This document shows positions 37,467 through 49,404 of a stretch of 64,000 nucleotides of DNA, piece by piece; position 1 is the stretch's first letter, and each line of letters opens with the position of its first letter. Source of the DNA: Takakia lepidozioides. Lineage: Eukaryota > Plantae > Bryophyta. Location of the stretch: positions 9,548,001 to 9,612,000 of the forward strand of contig CM060733.1 in NCBI GenBank assembly GCA_030704615.1, given 5' to 3'. A program made the position numbers and the translations under genes. The notes under the pieces were generated by a model that ran no database searches, had not been told where the DNA came from, and saw nothing but the letters and a program-made list of their open reading frames with translations.

Positions 37467-38155
37467 TTTGGCGACCATACTGGGGAACTGAGTCATGAAC
37501 AACCAGATGTGACAGGCATCTGGTGGGATCATGGTGGTTGGAGGATTAAAGAATTTGAAGTGAATCAAATTCCTTGTGGAACGAAGGAAGAAAGATTGTC
37601 CAAACAATTCTTTCAAAGGTTCTTGGAATTGCCATACGGTTGTAAAAAAAATATTCTTAAGCGAGTGCATGATGCTGATCCGGAATGGGGTCTGGAGAAA
37701 GGAGTGATAAAGATTTATCATGTAGCCTGTAGAGGATGAGCATGGTGGTTACCAACATTGGTTTATGTGATAGCCTTACTATCTATTAAGCGGGTAGAGT
37801 TTGAAAGCTGGGAGGAAAGGAAAGTGAATGTTTACACTCATATGCATGACGAGCTTGTATTGGTAAATAATTGGATTCCAAAGGATATCTTGTGGATCAA
37901 ACTTACACCAAGAACAGCTTTTCAGACTTGTTTACCATATGGTTATATGGTAACGGAGAATTCCAGTATAGCCAGAGGTACATTGAAGCTGGAAAGAAAC
38001 CCAGGCATATATGAGAGATACTATAGGAGAGAATTTTGGTTGTTGCCACACTAAAAGAAATGAAAGATATGGGACATGAGTGATGAAAGAGAAGCTAGAC
38101 TCCAAAGATATTCAGCAAAAAGAGAAAGTTATCTGAAAGCTCATTATCCATACCT

Positions 38156-40309
38156 GTGGGAGAGAGGAATAGACATTGGGAATCATCTGGACCTCTCACA
38201 CCATTGAGATCAGGGAGTACATCACCTATACCAGAGGAGCTAGAGTTGGATACCACACCTTTTTTTTCTTTGCAAGAAAGATTAAGGGACTTGGCAGAGG
38301 AAGAAGATCAACCACGAGGTGAAAGATCTGAGGTACATCCCTGGATAAGAGATTTGGCAGAAATCTTTGATAAGAGTTGGCATGGAACACCAAGAGCAGG
38401 AACTCCAGTTTCGGGAGCAGAAGAGGAGGATGCAGAACTAGCGGAGAGTTCAAACTCTCCAACATTATTACAAAATAGTTACATGAGTGAAGAAGAAGAA
38501 AACCAACGAAAGAAATTGGAAGATGAGGAATATGAAGAAGTAGACCCAGCAGCTGAGGTTGAGACTACAACCAGGACATCCCAACCCGTTGGACCTGGAT
38601 CAAGTGGAGCACTTGGATCACAGGCCAACGAAGGTGTCGGCTCAGAGGGATCAGGCGAAAGACCTGGATCTGGCTCTAGGGGGATAGGGAGTGTGGAAAG
38701 TAGTGCAACTGAGGCTGGGAATACTGTGAATATAGAAAGGCCAGGAGCAGGAAGGGTTCAGGGGCCAGTAATTGGTGGAAGAACCACCACAAATACTACA
38801 GGTCCACAGGGACCAGCATCAGCCAAAAGGCCAACAACTGTCAGGGGGCAGAATGTAGGGTCGCAGATGGCGTTACAACCAACACGGGCTAAACCACCTT
38901 TTCCGATATATTCAGGGAAAGGGGATCCTGATGTACACATTAGCCAATTTGAGCACATGTGTATAGTGAACAATGAGAATGGCGATGATGCCAAGATGAG
39001 ACTGTTTCCGTGTTCACTTATAAAGAAAGCCAGTGAATGCTATGCAAGATTCCCTGATAATCATTTCCTAACCTGGAATGGCTTGAGTACAGCGTTCCGA
39101 AATAGGTTCAGGACCAGTAAAACTGAGGATGAAGTGTATGGGAGTTTACAGCAGCTGAAGCAGAAGAAGCATGAAACTGTTGAAGAGTATATGGAGAAAA
39201 TGGAGTTGATGATGAAAAAGTTGGCTGCTATACCAGCACCAGGATTGCAGAAGGCTTGGTTTGTGAATGGACTAAGGCCAGAGTTGCAAAAGAAAGTAGA
39301 TATGTTACCCCACAATACAGTGGAGGAGGCATTTGAAACAGCAAACAGAATTGAGCAGTTGGGAATGCTCAGGAAGGAGAAAAGAGATGAAGAGGACTCT
39401 GAGGATGAGTCAGAAGAAGAAGAGGAGATGGAGCATAAGAAGAAGAGTAAAAAGAAGGAAAAGATGAAGAGGGAAAATTATGAGAAGAGATTAGAAGAAA
39501 TCTTGAAAAAATATGCCACAGAGGCTGAAACACATTGGAGGAAGGGTGTTTGGTGTGCAAAATGCCAGAATGAAGGCCACACCACTACTGAATGCCACAT
39601 GAAGGAGAAACACTGCACTATCTGTAAAATGGATAACCATTCTACAGAGAATTGTTACTACAACAGAAGAACAACAGTAAGAGAGCCTAGGCAGGTAAGG
39701 GTGCATCAAGTGCAACCCCAGCCAAGAAGAAACAATGATCAAGACCACTATGGTAGGACAGGTGGTTATAACAATGGCATGGAAAGGAGAGGTAATCCAA
39801 GAGGGAATTACCAGCCAGGGAATCAGGATTACAGAAATAATCCCAGAGCAGACCAAGGGCGAGGACCCAATGGAGAAGAACTGTGTTACTATTGTAATCA
39901 GACAGGACATCGTAAGGCGGCTTGTCCATTCTGGATCAGACACCAGAATGAGATGAGAGCTCCTGGGAATGAGGGGCCAGTAGTGGCAGCCCACATGGTT
40001 AGGCCATGTATTGTACCGGAAGTGAGTACAATGATAGTAACAAGAAGCAGAGCCAAATTAGTACCTCCAGTGGAAGATGAAGTTGATGATAATGAAGATG
40101 GCAGTGATGTGCCTGAAGATGATGAGGCTTGGAGAGATGATAAGGAACTGCACAAGGAAGTGACGGATACCATACGGGAAATGCAGAAGAGTACTGATAT
40201 TCCCATGGTAGACTCCTCAGACTCTGAAGGAGAAGAAGAAGTCAGTGAGGAAGAAGGAAAGAGGGAAGCTGCAAAGTGCAGGGTAAGGAAGGGACATTGG
40301 CTGAAGTGA
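38156..40309 (+). CDS. Retrotransposon gag with three CCHC zinc knuckles
   Basis: YSGKGDPDVHISQF...LFPCSL...TW..L..AF..RF, LKQKKHETVEEY and FVNGLRPEL; knuckles CAKCQNEGHTTTEC, CTICKMDNHSTENC and CYYCNQTGHRKAAC. Confidence 0.88.
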   Translation: MGERNRHWESSGPLTPLRSGSTSPIPEELELDTTPFFSLQERLRDLAEEEDQPRGERSEVHPWIRDLAEIFDKSWHGTPRAGTPVSGAEEEDAELAESSNSPTLLQNSYMSEEEENQRKKLEDEEYEEVDPAAEVETTTRTSQPVGPGSSGALGSQANEGVGSEGSGERPGSGSRGIGSVESSATEAGNTVNIERPGAGRVQGPVIGGRTTTNTTGPQGPASAKRPTTVRGQNVGSQMALQPTRAKPPFPIYSGKGDPDVHISQFEHMCIVNNENGDDAKMRLFPCSLIKKASECYARFPDNHFLTWNGLSTAFRNRFRTSKTEDEVYGSLQQLKQKKHETVEEYMEKMELMMKKLAAIPAPGLQKAWFVNGLRPELQKKVDMLPHNTVEEAFETANRIEQLGMLRKEKRDEEDSEDESEEEEEMEHKKKSKKKEKMKRENYEKRLEEILKKYATEAETHWRKGVWCAKCQNEGHTTTECHMKEKHCTICKMDNHSTENCYYNRRTTVREPRQVRVHQVQPQPRRNNDQDHYGRTGGYNNGMERRGNPRGNYQPGNQDYRNNPRADQGRGPNGEELCYYCNQTGHRKAACPFWIRHQNEMRAPGNEGPVVAAHMVRPCIVPEVSTMIVTRSRAKLVPPVEDEVDDNEDGSDVPEDDEAWRDDKELHKEVTDTIREMQKSTDIPMVDSSDSEGEEEVSEEEGKREAAKCRVRKGHWLK

Positions 40310-43300
40310 TATGCCAGTCCAAAGTGGAAATTACCATTGGACAGCTATTAGCTGTGGCACCTTATTGTAGACACAGGCTGTATCAAGCAATCAACAGGAT
40401 TGCCCATTTGACAGAGAACACAGACCTGAACAGCAAGGTGACCAGTTATAATGTGAGGCCAGAAGGGCAAGAAACAGTCATGGATTTTGATGATTCTATG
40501 CCAGTTATCCAGTTGAGAATTGGAAGCACAGAGCTGGCAGATGTACTGATAGATGGAGGCTCTGGTGTGAATATCATGACAGACCAATTGAGACAGAAGC
40601 TAGGTCTAAACAACATGAAACCAGCCCCATTTACAGTAACCATGGCAGACCAAAGGAGTGTACAGCCATTGGGATTGATCAGAGGAGTTAAAATCCAGAT
40701 TCAAGAGATGATCTTTAAGATCACAGTAACTGTGTTGAAGATGAATGAAGTCCTGGAAGCTTATTCCTTATTGTTGGGAAGACCATGGCTGAAACAAGCC
40801 AAGGTGTCTCATGATTGGAATTCACAGTTACTGACTGTGCAGGATGGGTTGAACAAGATACAAATCACCACTAAGAAATCTGAAAGACTATCTGCTACAA
40901 GAAGACCAAGAGGGGTCAGAGAGTATGATTGGAAAGAAGGACTGGATGAGGAACAAGAAGCTACTTTGTTCGCTGCACACCCAGAGTGGGAACAGGTTGC
41001 AGAGATGCAATTAGAAGGCCTGAGTTGTTTAAAAAGTATCTACTGTGGTGCAGTGACAACAACCCCAATTGAGGAGGAAATAAATAGTTACCCACCACAT
41101 TTTTATGAGGAAAGGGAAGGAGAGATTGATATCCTAGAGGAACCAGCCACTGTAAGTCTACAGGATGAAATAGTAACTGGTTGGACAATCACAGCTGATG
41201 AGCAGGTGAGGGAAGTGAATGTGGGAACTGAGAAGGAACCAAGGATGGTGAAGGTAGGGGTGGATCTAGAGCCAGAATTCTTTGAGGAAGCAAAGAGTCT
41301 GTTCATTAAATACAGAGATGTATTTGCTTGGAGCTATGAGGATCTGAAGGGGATACCACCTGAGATCTGTCAACATAAGATTGAACTGGAACCAGGATCA
41401 ATACCAGTTAAACAGGCGAGATACAGGATGAATCCCAACTATGCAGAGAAGGTTGGAGAAGAGATCAAAAAGTTGGCTGAAGCTAAATTTATATACCCGA
41501 TAGAGTACACAACTTGGTTGTCACCCATTGTGATAGTCCCCAAGAAAAATGGCAAACTAAGAGTTTGTGTGAACTACAAGAAGCTGAATGCTTGTACGAG
41601 GAAGGATCCTTTTCCTCTACCATTCACAGAAGCAGTATTGGACACTGTGGCAGGCCATGAAATGTATTCATTCATGGATGGCTTCAGTGGTTATAATCAA
41701 GTACAGGTGGCAGAGGAAGATCAAGGAAAAACAGCTTTCATCATGGACTGGGGTGCTTATGCATACAAAGTCATGCCTTTTGGACTTTGTAATGCACCAG
41801 CAACTTTCCAGAGAGTTATAAGTGAATCTTTTCAGGAGTACCTTGATGATTTCATGCAGGTGTTCTTGGATGATTTCAGTGTGTATAGCTCTAAGAGTGA
41901 GCACTTGCATAAATTGGAGTTGTGCTTGGCCAGATGCAGGATGAGAGGTCTGGGCCTGAATCCAGAGAAATGTACTTTCTGTGTGAACTCAGGGGTACTT
42001 TTGGGACACATAGTGTGTAAAAAAGGACTTCTAGTGGATCCCAGAAAGACGGAGGCCATTAAAGCCTCCCCACCTCCAGTAAATGCTAAGAGTCTAAGGA
42101 GATTCCTGGGACAAACCAGCTACTACAGAAGATTTGTCAGACGGTATGCACAGATGGCAGCACCTTTGAGCAAACTTTAAAAAAAGACGCAGTGTTTGCA
42201 TGGACAGATGAATGTCAACAGGCTTTTGAGGAACTGACATTGTCAATGACAACTACACCTGTATTGATTAATCCTCACTGGCAGGAAATGTTCCATGTTC
42301 ACTGTGATGCCTCAGGAGAAGCATTGGGAGCGGTGCTAGCCCAAAATGTTACAGGAAGAATAGATTCACCTGTGTACTATGCTAGCCGATTAATGAACAA
42401 TGCTGAAAGAAATTATAGCACAACAGAAAGAGAAGCATTGGCAATGATCTATGCAGTGAAGAAATTCAGGCATTACCTGTTGGGTAAGAAGTTTATGTTC
42501 TATGTGGATCACCAAGCTTTGATATACTTGGTAAACAAACCTCTGATAAGCGGAAGAATAGCAAGATGGTTGATAATCTTACACGAATTTGAGTTTGAGG
42601 TTATTTACAAGCCTGGGAGGCTGCATCTTGTGGCGGACCACTTGTCACGGTTATCAACAGGTGAACTAGCCACAGGAGTAGATGATCAATTACCAGATGC
42701 GAGCTTATTTGCCGTGGAGGTGCAGGGAAGTGAAAATGATTGGTTAGATTGGCAATGGCCAATCAGATACTATCTTACTCATGGTCAATGTCCACCAAAT
42801 TATGGGAAGGAGCAGAGAAAGAGAATTGCTATCAAGGCTTTACCTTACACTATGGTAGGAAGCAGAATGTATAAGCTAGGACCAGATGGAGTGCTGAAGC
42901 GATGCTTACACCATGAAGTTGATAAAGTTTTGGAAGAAATTCATAAAGGAGTGGCAGGGGCCATTTTGGAGAAGAGACTACAGTAGGAAGATACTACTTG
43001 CCGGTTACTGGTGGCCTACCTTGTTCAAAGATGTGCACAAGTATTGTAAAACTTGTGATGAGTGTCAGAGGCTAGGACCATTGCAGAGGTCTGGAAAGAT
43101 GGCTTTGCATCCTACAATGCCTACTGAACCATTTCAGAAATGGGGACTGGACTTTGTTGGACCAATAAACCCACCAGCCAAGAATACACAGAACAAGTAT
43201 ATAATCACAGCTACTGATTATACTACGAAGTGGGTGGAAGCTAAAGCTCTGAGGGACAACACAGCTAAGTCCACAGCCAGGTTCCTGTATGAGAACATAC

Positions 43301-44387
43301 TTACACGGTTTGGCTGTTCCCTGGAATTTATCAGTGATCAGGGAAGTCACTTCATCAATGAGACCATAGAACTCTTGACTAAGGAGTTCATGATTGTGCA
43401 TAGGAAAAGTACAACCTATTACCCACAAGGTAATGGACAGGCAGAGGCTACCAACAAAATACTATGTACCATCTTGGCTAAAATAGTCAATGCAAACAGA
43501 ACAGACTGGGATACAAAGCTACTGACAGCTTTGTGGTCATACAGGACTTCATATAAAGTCACCACTAAGTATACAACATTCCAATTAGTTATGGTATGGA
43601 AGCTTTACTTCCAGTGGAGTTTTTATTACCTACTATGAGAACTGAATGGGGAAGAAGAATGGAATTGGAAGATTCAATTAAGGTCAGGAAACATGAATTA
43701 TACCATATGGAGGAAGTACGAGCTGATGCAGCTGACAACATGACGAGAATACAGATGAGAAGGAAGGATCAGTTTGATGAAGGGAAGTTGAAGACTTTCA
43801 AAACAGGAGATTTGGTTTTGTGGTTGCAGAAGAAGGGAAAGATTAAGGCTTCTAAGCTTAAATCGCCATGGAAGGGACCTTATGTCATACAAAAGATGTA
43901 TGATAACAACACGGCCATGTTACAAACCATTAACAAAGAAATGTTGGGCAGGGTCAATGCCAACAAGTTGAAAGGATACAGTGGTATCCATGACAAGCCA
44001 TTGAGGCACGATTTGCATATAGAACCACAGGAGCAAATACAGGCTGTTCCAGTAACACCAACGGAGCATAGAATACTTGTCGTTAAACCGGTGAGGAGCG
44101 GAAAACACAGATGTTTAAATAGCCATCACAGCCCAACACAGGGTCACACAGCCCATCACAGCCCAACACAGGGTCACACAGCCCATCACAGCCCAACACA
44201 GGGTCACACAGCCTATCACAGCCCAACACAGTGTCACACAGTCGCGCACAGCCTAGCACAGGGCGGCACAGCCTGTCACAGCCTCACACAGCCAATCAGA
44301 ATTACACAGTTCATAGGATTAGTGACAGGTGGACGAAAGAAAACATCAGGGAAATGGCCGGCGGAAGAAAGGGCGGAAGTCAGTTAA
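40276..44387 (+). pseudogene. Retrotransposon pol (protease, RT, RNase H, integrase), broken by frameshifts
   Basis: VLIDGGSGVN (PR), LRVCVNYKKLN...VFLDDF (RT), HCDASG...EREALAM (RH), WGLDFVGP...SDQGSHF and WKGPY (INT). Frame breaks near 42180, 42960 and 43595. Confidence 0.93.
44123..44290. repeat. 30-bp minisatellite, about 5 copies, at the end of pol
   Basis: Unit gcccatcacagcccaacacagggtcacaca (HHSPTQGHTA), degenerating toward the 3' side. Confidence 0.9.
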
Positions 44388-44507
44388 AAAGTGGACGCGT
44401 GGAAGTCAGGCCGTGACGCACAGCTGAGAAGGAGCTGCAAGAACAAGTGTCATCAAGAAAAATGACAGGAGTGGCCGTCAAAGTACCTACCTACTACGTC
44501 AAAGAGG

Positions 44508-47500
44508 ATGAATGGCGGGCCCATTAATGCATACGGAAAAAGGGTAACGGAACATACGGCGAGTACAGAAAAACGAATTTCTTGTCACGTGTGTTATCCT
44601 AGTGGACAGGCCAGCAGGGAAAATCCACTAAAGAAAATTAATTCTAAAATCCAGTCACAGCGGTTACAGCCAATCATGAAGCAGGAGCAACTTCAAGAAA
44701 GTGAAATGGTTCTGAGCGCAAGAGTCGGCGTCGTTCCAGGTAACGGGCGTCTTGACGGGACAAACAATCAATGCGATAGTTTTGAAGCTATGAGGGAACT
44801 AGCAGATTATACGCTCGCGATACTACTCACGCAGTGGCGAGGAAACAGAACAACAGAGAGTAACTTTTCTCTTGATCAATGCTTGCAAGCCCCGCAGGTT
44901 TACAGGACACTACCCATAGCATTTTGTGGCAATCATACGTTTGTGCTTTGTGCTCTGCAGGCATTACTTCAGTTGTTACAGCCACAGCCTTACGGTTTCT
45001 CTAAAATGAAGAGAGTAAGAGGGATGGAGGACATCAAGGTGAAAAGCACCACAATCCTGCAGAAACAGACGATTGCGACGCCATACGCGGTGAAGTTACT
45101 GACGGAACTGCGATTACAAGGATTGCAAAACAAGGATTGGACATTGCACCATCGGAAGTACATGTTAGAATTCTTGCAGAACTTTGACCCAAAGACAGGA
45201 GCCACAATGGTGAAGGGAGTTGAATTAGAACTTACTCCCTTATACCTACAGCAACTGTTTTCATTGCCAGCAGGTCAGGTTCATGTGGACGAGCACAGGG
45301 CTAGATTGCAGATGAAAGATTTGTTTGAAGAAGGGAGTTTCTTTAAAACTCAAGGCCATGCTTGTACCAAAGCGGTGTACCCAGGGCTCAGGGAGGTGGG
45401 CCAGATATTGAACGTTCTGTTTGCCATGAAACAGAACCAGCAATATTTGAGCAGATCCTTCACAGAGGAAATACTCAAAGGCCTGAGAGGAGAAGAGGTA
45501 GCATGGGAGAACATCATGTACAACGGATTGGTAGAGGAGATGAAAAGATTGCAGGGAACTGCCGCTAAATCTCCTATCATAGTATCTGGGCCAGTCATTG
45601 CACAAATCATCCTAGACTCATGCGTACTTGATGCGAGAGAAAGGAAGGAAATGGGAGTGTTTGAAATAACAACCACTACCATAGAAGAGCAAGGTTCTTC
45701 ACAGGGTGAAGGGGGATTGGCAGAGCATCAACAGCCCAAAAGACAGAGGAAAGGGATCAGGTTGGAAGCCAAACCATTGGCTACAAGGCAGCCGGAGGAA
45801 GAAGTTACTCAAGCTCTTGTGTAGGAGAGGGTACAGCAGCACAGAGATCAAGCCAAAGAGTTACCACAAGTGGTCCATGCGGTTCCTCCATAAATAATAG
45901 ATTTAGAAACAGAAGGGCTAGATATTCCAACTACAGAGCAAGTGGTGGCAGAGATTGAGAGAGGTGATCTTCTCTATGAAGACTCTAGTTTGCTCAGAGA
46001 GAGAGTGGAGCCAGAGGTCCAAAATCTGTCCAGTGAACTTCCTGATGTGCAGGTAATACCCCCACCAGCGCCACAAGTTTCAGAAGAGGAACATCAGGAC
46101 ACAGCAGCATCTGGGAGAAATGAGGAAATTGAGAAGGAGGATCTGGTGGAGCAGTGGCCTGAGTGGTTTGTGAGGCATCATCCTATGGATGAGGGGGGTG
46201 AACAGCAGCATGTTAACCATGATGGGCCTCAGCAGGCTATGCTGATGAACTCCATAAGCCGAACCCTCAATTTGTTGGGAACTTACATGAAGTCACATGT
46301 TCCAGTGACTCAGTTGGAAGTTCTGAAGGAGGAACTCAGAAGAGAGTTCGAAAATCGGTTGGCAACCGAGGGTGTTAACAAAGTTGAGATGGAAGTGCAT
46401 CTGCAGTTGCAACAGGAGTTAAGGGAAACAAAGAATGCTCTGCAATTTGCTAAGCAGCAACTGATTGAGGGGGGTCTGGAGCAAGACCATCTGCAGGAGA
46501 TACACAAGCAGCAATTATTCCAATTGCAGAGCAAGCATGAGGATGAAATGCAAGGACTAAAGGAACAACAGGCAGAGTTGGGGGTAGTACATCAAAGAAT
46601 GACAGTGCAATGTGCCACCCTCACAAATGTTCTAGAGCAAGCCACAACAGAAGCCAACCAGCAGAGGGAGCGATGTGTGAGGGCAGAAACGGAGGTAGTG
46701 GAGCAAGCCAAATTCATTGTGGACCTCAAAGATACAATATGTCACAATGAGGGTGCTTTACAGCAATACAAACAGGTTGAGGCTAACCAGGAGAAGTACA
46801 TTGTGGAGTTACAACAGACCCTTATGTCGAATAGGAATCAACTCTCTGTAGCTAACAAGGCAGCGAGGGAAGCCAATAATCTGGCTGCAACTTATGCCAA
46901 TTTAGTTGAACCTCATGAGAAGCGCATGCAAGGATTGCAACAGCAGTTAGATGCCTACAGACTCAAGGAGGAGCAGAGTCTCAGAGATGTTACACAGGAC
47001 AGAGTGGATGACCAACTTTTAAAAGTATGGTTAGCACAAGGGCCAGTGGAAGGGAAAGCACCGAGAAAGCTCACCCAGGGGGAGATGAATGACCTGAGGC
47101 TGCAAGTGCAGAATATTGCCACCACTACTATAGACAATGTCTATAGTAGAATAGGAGAGCTCCAAGAGGATGTGGATACACTGCAGACTCAAGTGGAGGA
47201 CTTGAGTTCAAACATAGACCAAAGGCTCATGATTCCTGAAGAACATCTCATGGAGGCGTATTTGAGGGCCAGAACTCTAGTTTTCGGGTCTTCTTCGCAA
47301 GAAGTGCAAGGGATGCCAATGGTGGAAACACCAATAGAACCAGTTTCATAGCAGGTGGCTGTACAGGTTACTGAATCTCCTATGACAGCAGTTGCACGGC
47401 CTGAGGTATGGGGAAATGCTGCTTTCAAACCACCCAAGACTCATGCTGCACGGGAATACAACCGAGCAATGATCATGCCCTTCAATGAAATTCCACATAG

Positions 47501-48446
47501 CTTGGATTTGGCTTGGAATCAATTTGGTCCTCCACAATCCTTTCCACACTACTACCAAATAATGCGCATTTGGTTGCCAGTGGCCACTCGGACTAAGATT
47601 CTGGCAATGAATCAGCTCATTGAGGATCATCATTTTTCAAGGTACTGGTCTGAGGCAGGCACCATGTTGAAGGAGTTAATAGCTTTCCAGGTTGTTCATG
47701 GGCACATTCACACCAAAACAAAGAAAGTAGCGAGTTTGGTCATGGGCTGTGGAATTTATTATACTGCTTGTTTCATTGCACGTTACCACATTGAGCAACA
47801 GAAGATGCAGTCCAGATTTCTGACTTATTCCACTACAGATCATTGGACCTTACCTGTGGTGCCGCATCATACGTATTTATATGATGTGAAAATCATGTTA
47901 TAGAGGGATTCACAACTCCGTTCATGGTTCAACATGGCCTGGAACAACTTGAGCAACGAAAAACGGCATATTGACGACATTTTTAATAAGGAGCAAACAG
48001 CTTGGCAATACCTATACTGCTCCAAAGTTACTGGCACACCTCTCACCTACACTGAGAAGGAATTGTTGAAGTTCAATCAACTTGCTTTCAACAGGTTACA
48101 CAACGTTGTGAAGCTTAAGGTTCCTGACATGGTGGGGCCACACTGTATGCCAATTTTCATTCCAGAGAAACCAAGAAAGGCAAGAAAACCAAAAAACTGC
48201 AGGACTGAAGCAGATTCAGACACAACAGATGAAACTTCAGAACAAACTCTTGACATATGGGAGGAATATGATCAAGCACTGCACGACAAGAAACGACGAG
48301 GATCTCCCACACCAGAGCCATTACAGCCGGTTCAGTCAAAGGGCAACAAATCAGGTACAAGTACAGCTCAAGCATCTCCAGCAAGTAGTCATAGAACTCG
48401 GGCACGTACAGAGAGCCCTCCAAGGCACTCTCACAAACAGACATGA
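44508..48446 (+). pseudogene. Large additional sense ORF 3' of pol (about 1150-1310 codons) interrupted by four in-frame stops
   Basis: Track ORFs 44508, 45942, 47355 and 47934 share one frame, with stops at 45822, 45891, 47349 and 47901. Contains MLEFLQNF...VKGVELELT and a long Q/E/L-rich coiled-coil. Confidence 0.75.
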
Positions 48447-48520
48447 CCACGTTCACAAAGATTTACTGATCCTAAGCAGTAAACCGTGAGGACACGGCTT
48501 TTTGAGAGGGGAAGGGGTAA

Positions 48521-49404
48521 TGTTAGAAGGCAGTCTAGGACTTAGGCATTTTTATGGGTTCTGTGGAGTCTGGGACTTAGACACTTCTATGGGTTCTGAG
48601 GGGTACCCTTAAATTTTTGAGATAGCCCGTCACAGTCACAACCCGACACAGTCACAGACCGTCACAGCCATACACAGCCCGGCACAGCCCGACACAGTCA
48701 CAGCCCGTCACAGCCATACACAGCCAGTCACAGCCCGACACAGCCCGAAACAGCCGTCACAGTCTGACACAGTCGCACAGTCAGTCACAACTGTCACAGT
48801 CGTAGGGAACAACATCTGCCGGGGAACATGTAATTCACGGAGGACGGTTAGTGAAGGAAAACAGTTAGAACAGGGGGGAAGGAGATAAAGCGGGTAGCGG
48901 AGACGGGAGGGGAGGACTTTTGGGGGATGGAGATCACTGCTGGGGGACTTTAGCCACGGAGATCACTCCTGGGGAAGAACTAAGATCGAAGGAAGGGAAG
49001 CTGGCGAGGAGGAAGGAGATACTATAGGACAGAGTTAGTACGAGATGTAGGATTACTTAGAGGGATAGATTAGAGAAGTTAGGACATCAGCATGTATCCG
49101 ATTATGATTAATCTGATTCTCATCCGATACAAACACTTTGTGTTGAGAGACTTGAGTGAAGCTGTGTATGAATGAAATCAGGGGGGCCCAAGAAGCAATC
49201 TGACGCTTAAAAAGATACCTGGTCATGATAAACAGGGAATATAAACTAATAAGGAATATAATTGGAAACCCAACAATGATTCACTAGCTGCAGGTCATGA
49301 CTGATTGTTTCACGCGGGCTGAATGCTTAGAGATATCCAACTCTTCTATCTTGGAGTTTCCCCCTCGGATAGCGAAGGGATGGGTGAGTAAAAGCCGTGT
49401 GACA
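48521..49404 (+). repeat. 3' LTR
   Basis: Follows the PPT, ends gccgtgtgaca and is followed by the GGTGG TSD. Confidence 0.95.

Larger units (their letters stand above)
36589..49404 (+). mobile_element. Full-length (12.8 kb) Ty3/gypsy non-chromovirus LTR retrotransposon with extra ORFs
   Basis: TG...CA LTRs at 36589-37466 and 48521-49404. TSD GGTGG at 36584-88 and 49405-09. PBS-like tggcgaccatactgggga at 37469-37486. PPT gagaggggaagggg at 48504-48517. gag, PR, RT, RH and INT in Ty3 order. Confidence 0.96.

Noticed and set aside
45822-47903. In-frame stops in the retroelement ORFs as sites repaired by RNA editing or readthrough
   Set aside because: C-to-T decay of methylated nuclear TE DNA explains them; the LTR differences are transitions as well.
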